This document shows, piece by piece, positions 59,074-64,000 of a DNA stretch of 64,000 nucleotides; the first letter of the stretch is position 1; each line of letters begins with the position of its first letter. Source of the DNA: Amphiscolops sp. MND2022 (lineage: Eukaryota). A program made the position numbers and the translations under genes. The DNA is taken from contig OZ076409.1 of NCBI GenBank assembly GCA_964187785.1, forward strand, positions 98,394,001 through 98,458,000. Direction: 5' to 3'. Under the pieces are notes generated by a model, which was given only the letters and a program-made list of their open reading frames with translations, did not search any database and had not been told where the DNA came from.

Positions 59074-62000
59074 ATGAGTTATTGCAATGAGGAGATAATT
59101 CTGAAAAAACACCTAATCAATTTGCCAGAAGGCCTGTATGTTGATTTATCGTTATTCGACTACTTAGCAGAAGAAACAATAAATGACAAGCAAAGGAAAG
59201 TGAAACCAGCAATCACTTGTCTCTTGAATGGCACAAACGTTCAATTCACCGATGTTTTCATCAGTGCAACGCGCAATGAGACAGGTAGACGAGCAAAATA
59301 CAATGCTGTGGTATTCAAAATTGCACTCTTGCTTGTCTTTAAAGGATTCACTGGCCTATCGTGGACAGATCGTCGCCGACGCTTTGTTGCACACTTCTTC
59401 GGCCCAGAATTCATTCCAGACGGAAAGCCAGTAGAAAACAACTCGGAAATTAGCAAATTCTTACCGAAACTGGAGAATCGCGAACCACCAATAGCAAAAA
59501 ATTCGGATTTACACGAGCCCGCTTTTTGTACTAGTAGCAATCATTTCTGGAGTGATGTGTTGAATCAAATGAACAATCGAGATTTGGAAATTGGGAGTTT
59601 GATTCAACATTTGAAAAATAAAGCCTATATTGCTACCGAAAAAAAAACTTGTACAACGGCCTAATTATTTGAAACAAATCATGAAAGCACTGTTCCCTTC
59701 GAGATACACCCATCAATTCATGGAGCATTTGTATTTGATCAAGAAAACTGGTAATGTTGTTGATTTGGTCGGTTATCTCAAGACTTTATTTGACTTACAG
59801 GGCATAAGAAATGATCAGTTAGTTCCCAGTGTTACAACATTAAACAAATTGTCAAATCCTCTACATTGCTTTTATTACAACATATTCCAACCGGAGAAGA
59901 CCTACTCAGGTTTTAGAGCCGATTTGATTACCTTAGTGAGAACCTCTCACTACCTTCTGACGGGAATTGAATCGTTAGAAGGTGTTGCAGTTGATCTTTG
60001 GGGTGACGGGGTTGAAATTGGGAACTCGGAGTGTACGAGAATGGTTTTCCGATTTCTTGATACAAAAGGGAAAATCAGTCCACAATCTTCAGATGCATGT
60101 TTCACATTTGCTTGCTTCAAAGGTTTGTGCAAAAGTGATTGAACGTTGTTAGGAAAAATGAATACATTCTATTCAACTAAAGTGTTCAAGAAAATCAATG
60201 GTTTAAACTAAGCAAAGATGTTAAACTGAAAACGAGTTGCGTAGCAATATTAACAAACTATAATGGAATGTTTTCAAGCGCTTTTAATGTAGTGGATAAA
60301 TCTATTGTCTATCTCAAGTTTTTACATATGTGAATACAGTTGTGAACAACATTTGTTGTTTTAAACGAGTCCTTTTTGTTTTTCAAACGAACTGTAGAAC
60401 CGCAGTCGATGCTTTATATTCAACTAAACTGATTCGAAAACTGTTGATATATTTTGAATATGAAAAAGATCTATAGATTCGTTTGAATTATGTGAGTTAA
60501 TTGACCATACACTTGCGAAGGAAATTGTGCATTAAACGGTAAAAAATTGGAAAAACGGAAATAAGTCCCGAATTAGCTCGAAATCAGCTGTTTGTAACTT
60601 TCTCAAATTTTGTCCCGGAAAATCTTTTAAAAAATATCAAGAAACTTTTCTCACATTAATCTCATTGGTTTACCAGCCTCAATAAAGAAGTAAATACTTG
60701 CATTAATATAAGCAATTCGCTAGAACTTTTCTTCAAAAACATGCTATATCAAATATTTTTGTACCAAAGATGCAGATACGAGACTGTTTTGCACATGTTT
60801 GCAGGTCATGATAGCAGATTTGCAATGGAACAAAACCTCGGCCCAACACAAGTTGGAGTTCAAAAGAGTGGATGGCTTTACCAGCAGACAAAGACGCTGG
60901 TCGAGGACTACAAAGTGAAACTGACGTTGTCCGGCGATTAGCCATTTGTAATGCGATTGGTTAATGGTGACAACGTTGAAGACGACTCCAAATGCGCAAT
61001 CTATGTTGGCAAAAAGTCGTCAATTGGTTTTGACGTTGAAGATGGAAAGAAAGTTTTCCAACCTTTTTTGTCAACGACAGTTGATCCCAAAACGAAGAAA
61101 CGGACAACGCTGAATATACCCTGGCAGGTGTTACCGTCAACTTCCCTGGTTTATCTTGACGACATCCGAAGAGTTTGCGTTGACACTTGCCATGGTATCA
61201 CAAGAATGGTTGAGAATGACTTGCAAAAGTTTTGCAATCTACTAATTGAGACCCGCGGGAAAACAATTTACACCGTTTTGAACCTATTCGAATCCAATTT
61301 AACCGAGAGAGGAGTGAAGGAGCCCAGGTTCAGATTTAATATCAATACAAGCAAAAACGGACCAACTAGTTGCAATTCTGTGTCTTTAAGTGGAAAAGAA
61401 GCCCTGCTCGCGATTGCTCATCGGGACGAATTTGGAAGCGACAGTGGAATACAAAGCAACCTTTTTGATAATGTCTTCAAAGAAAACGAGTACTTAGTGG
61501 GCCATCCGGCTAACCTAGAAACTCTTAAACTGTGTCACAAGCATGAAGTATTACTTGAAGACAAAACAAATTGGTATTTGATGTCAAAGTACGATGCCGC
61601 AGAGCTATGGCGGCAATCCTTGAACAATATGAACATTATTCTCAGAGGTTCGAAAAACGGTTTCCCTCAAAAACTCATTGATGAATACAATTTCTGGGCG
61701 GAGACATATTATCATATCTCAATGGCTTTCTTTGGCGAAGTTACGCCATATAAAGTGAAAATCCTTCTTGTTCCCAAATTGGTCGAATCGGGTTGTATTC
61801 GGTCACCTTGGGACCACTTAACCGAAGCAATGGAGCACTCGAATCATCGAGCACATCAATTCTACCATCAAAAGACAATGCGCGGGGGAGGTAAACTACT
61901 TCACGTTGATCCCATGCTTCAAGATCTGGTTTTGTCGTTTTTTCGATGTTATATCCACAGCAAGCAACAAATCGCTTTTGAAGAGTGTATGATGCAGCTC

Positions 62001-62702
62001 CGCAGTATCTTCCGGCCAATTCCAACTTTCCACATAGATTACCTATGGATATGTAGGAAAACAATTAAAGCGAGGACTATTCAAATCGATACACCTTGCG
62101 AGAAAGATTCGATTTTTCTAGGCCTACGTTTCACCGTATTTGGAGATTTTCGAAAAGCTAACCTAACGCAGGTTCAAGTGAACAAGATGATTCTCGAATG
62201 TGGCGGCCTGGTAATGACCCAAGATGCCCTGAAAACACTGACTGAAAAGCACTCCCATCTACCGTTTTGCTATGTTTTAGTACAAAATGAAACAGATCTT
62301 AGAATAGCAACTGGAGAACCAGGGGTTGGCCGACCAATGGAGAAACGTGAAAAAATTGTCGAAAAAAAGGAAAGAGCTTTAAAGTTAAGATGTTATGTAC
62401 AATCGGGAGTTGTTTTTTTGAACGTAAAGTTTGTTGTTGATTGCTTGAACAAACGTACTTTGCTTGATCCAGCTAACTATGAAATAAAACCAGGAAATGA
62501 CATACCAATAGTGCCCATTCGTGACATGAAGCCCTTGTTCAAACGACAATGCGAGGCCAAAGAAATAATTGAAGGAGTTACCAAAGGCCCGTTTGTCCTT
62601 ATCAAAGAATTTCGGAAGCAAAACTACTCAAACCTCACACAAGACATCGAGAAGATATTTGGCAAAAGACATACAAAAAAAGATGAGACGTCATCGTTTT
62701 GA
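59074..62702 (+). pseudogene. RAG1/Transib/Chapaev-related DDE transposase with C-terminal BRCT domain (about 980 aa reconstructed; one frameshift, one stop, one intron)
   Basis: VDLWGDG (D, 60005), TLSGD (D, 60936), CVDTCHG (DxxH), TPY..., TEAMEHSNH (E, 61833). Phase-1 intron 60123-60804 gives FACFKG|HDSRF. Poly-A frameshift near 59640; TAG at 60939. BRCT at about 62110-62490. Confidence 0.8.
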
Positions 62703-62929
62703 ACTTTACATCCTAATTTCGTTATTAATGCTGGTTTTAAATGTTGTTCCCTTTGTGACGTTGTATTTCTATAATGTACCCTAGTCTTAAATAATCGAAA
62801 AAAAATCTGCACACAAAAGATTGTTTTCAAACAGAAGTGACTGGTGCAAAGGGCTCAAAGCAACAAGTTCTAATTAAATCTAAATCTTACTGGTACAAGA
62901 AATCTCACAGGAAATATGTTTTCAGAGGC

Positions 62930-64000
62930 AAAGTCGATGCACACATTAGTCTCGATTACTGTTTAGGAGAGTCGATGCACATATTAGTCTCGATTACTAT
63001 TTAAGAAAGTCGATGGACACATTAGTCCTAATACTGTTTAAGAAAGTCGATGCACACATTAGTCTCGATTACTGTTTAAGAAAGTCGATGCAAATATTAG
63101 TCCTACTACTGTTTAAGTAAGTCGATGCACTCATTAGTCTCCAATACTGTTTAAGAAAGTCGATGCACACATTAGTCTCGATTACTGTTTAGGAGAGTCG
63201 ATGCACATATTAGTCTCGATTCCTATTTAAGAAAGTCGATGGACACATTAGTCCTAATACTGTTTAAGAAAGTCGATGCACTCATTAGTCTCCAACACTG
63301 TTTAAGAAACTCGATGCACACATTAATCTTAAGACTGTTTAAGAAAGTCGATGGACACATTAGTCTCGAATAGTGGTTAAGAAAGCCGATGCACTCATTA
63401 GTCTCCAATACTGTTTAAGAAAGTCGATGCACATATTAGTCCTACTACTGTTTAAGAAAGTCGATGCACTCATTAGTCTCCAATACTGTTTAAGAAAGTC
63501 GATGCACACATTAGTCTCGATTACTGTTTAGGAGAGTCGATGCACATATTAGTCTCGATTCCTATTTAAGAAAGTCGATGGACACATTAGTCCTAATACT
63601 GTTTAAGAAAGTCGATGCACTCATTAGTCTCCAACACTGTTTAAGAAACTCGATGCACACATTAATCTTAAGACTGTTTAAGAAAGTCGATGGACACATT
63701 AGTCTCGAATAGTGGTTAAGAAAGCCGATGCACTCATTAGTCTCCAATACTGTTTAAGAAAGTCGATGCACACATTAGTCTCGATTACTGTTTAAGAAAG
63801 TCGATGCACATATTAGTCCTACTACTGTTTAAGAAAGTCGATGCACTCATTAGTCTCCAATACTGTTTAAGAAAGTCGATGCACACATTAGTCTCGATTA
63901 CTGTTTAAGAAAGTCGATGCACATATTAGTCCTACTACTGTTTAAGAAAGTCGATGCACTCATTAGTCTCCAATACTGTTTAAGAAAGTCGATGCACACA
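62930..64000. repeat. 37-38-bp satellite with higher-order structure; continues beyond the window
   Basis: Unit AAGAAAGTCGATGCACACATTAGTCTCGATTACTGTTT; 339-bp (9-mer) repeat at 63223 / 63562; 113-bp (3-mer) repeat after about 63760. Confidence 0.95.

Noticed and set aside
56436-62759. CACAAGGGAA (about 56436) and TTCCCTTTGTG (about 62750) as TIRs of the RAG1-like element
   Set aside because: Similarity is only about 10 bp with an indel, and no matching TSD; not supportable without other copies.
63223-63747. Two identical 61-aa ORFs
   Set aside because: Products of the 339-bp higher-order repeat.
62930-64000. CRISPR-like array (conserved ~28 bp plus variable part)
   Set aside because: The variable parts are only 9-10 bp, related to each other and recur periodically; no cas genes; eukaryotic context.

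Overview
This is eukaryotic (probably invertebrate animal) repeat-rich DNA with a 200-N scaffold gap at 36227-36426. No ordinary host gene is recognisable; almost everything is nested mobile elements. (1) 1-8468 is the right part of a near-intact Polinton/Maverick (adintovirus-like) endogenous virus: protease, major and minor capsid, integrase, packaging ATPase and accessory ORFs, ending in ACTACT. (2) 8.5-17.6 kb holds hAT/MULE-type MITEs, a Penelope-like fragment with hammerhead-like motifs and a 38-bp satellite. (3) 17.9-32.7 kb is a MULE transposase pseudogene ending in a RING finger, split by a CR1-like LINE, a MITE and a full BEL/Pao LTR retrotransposon. That BEL carries an antisense, decayed JmjC-domain gene between pol and its 3' LTR. 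(4) 33-41.4 kb contains LINE relics with stacked MITEs that share one GC-rich core. (5) 41.6-56.4 kb holds two nested Ty1/Copia elements with local duplications. (6) 57.1-62.7 kb is a head-to-head gene pair: a spliced Tudor-like gene and a RAG1/Transib/Chapaev-related DDE transposase fused to a C-terminal BRCT domain. A higher-order 38-bp satellite follows. The strongest novelty candidates are the JmjC cargo in the BEL element and the RAG1-like-BRCT / Tudor two-gene unit. All domain calls are by-eye motif recognition; no database search was run.
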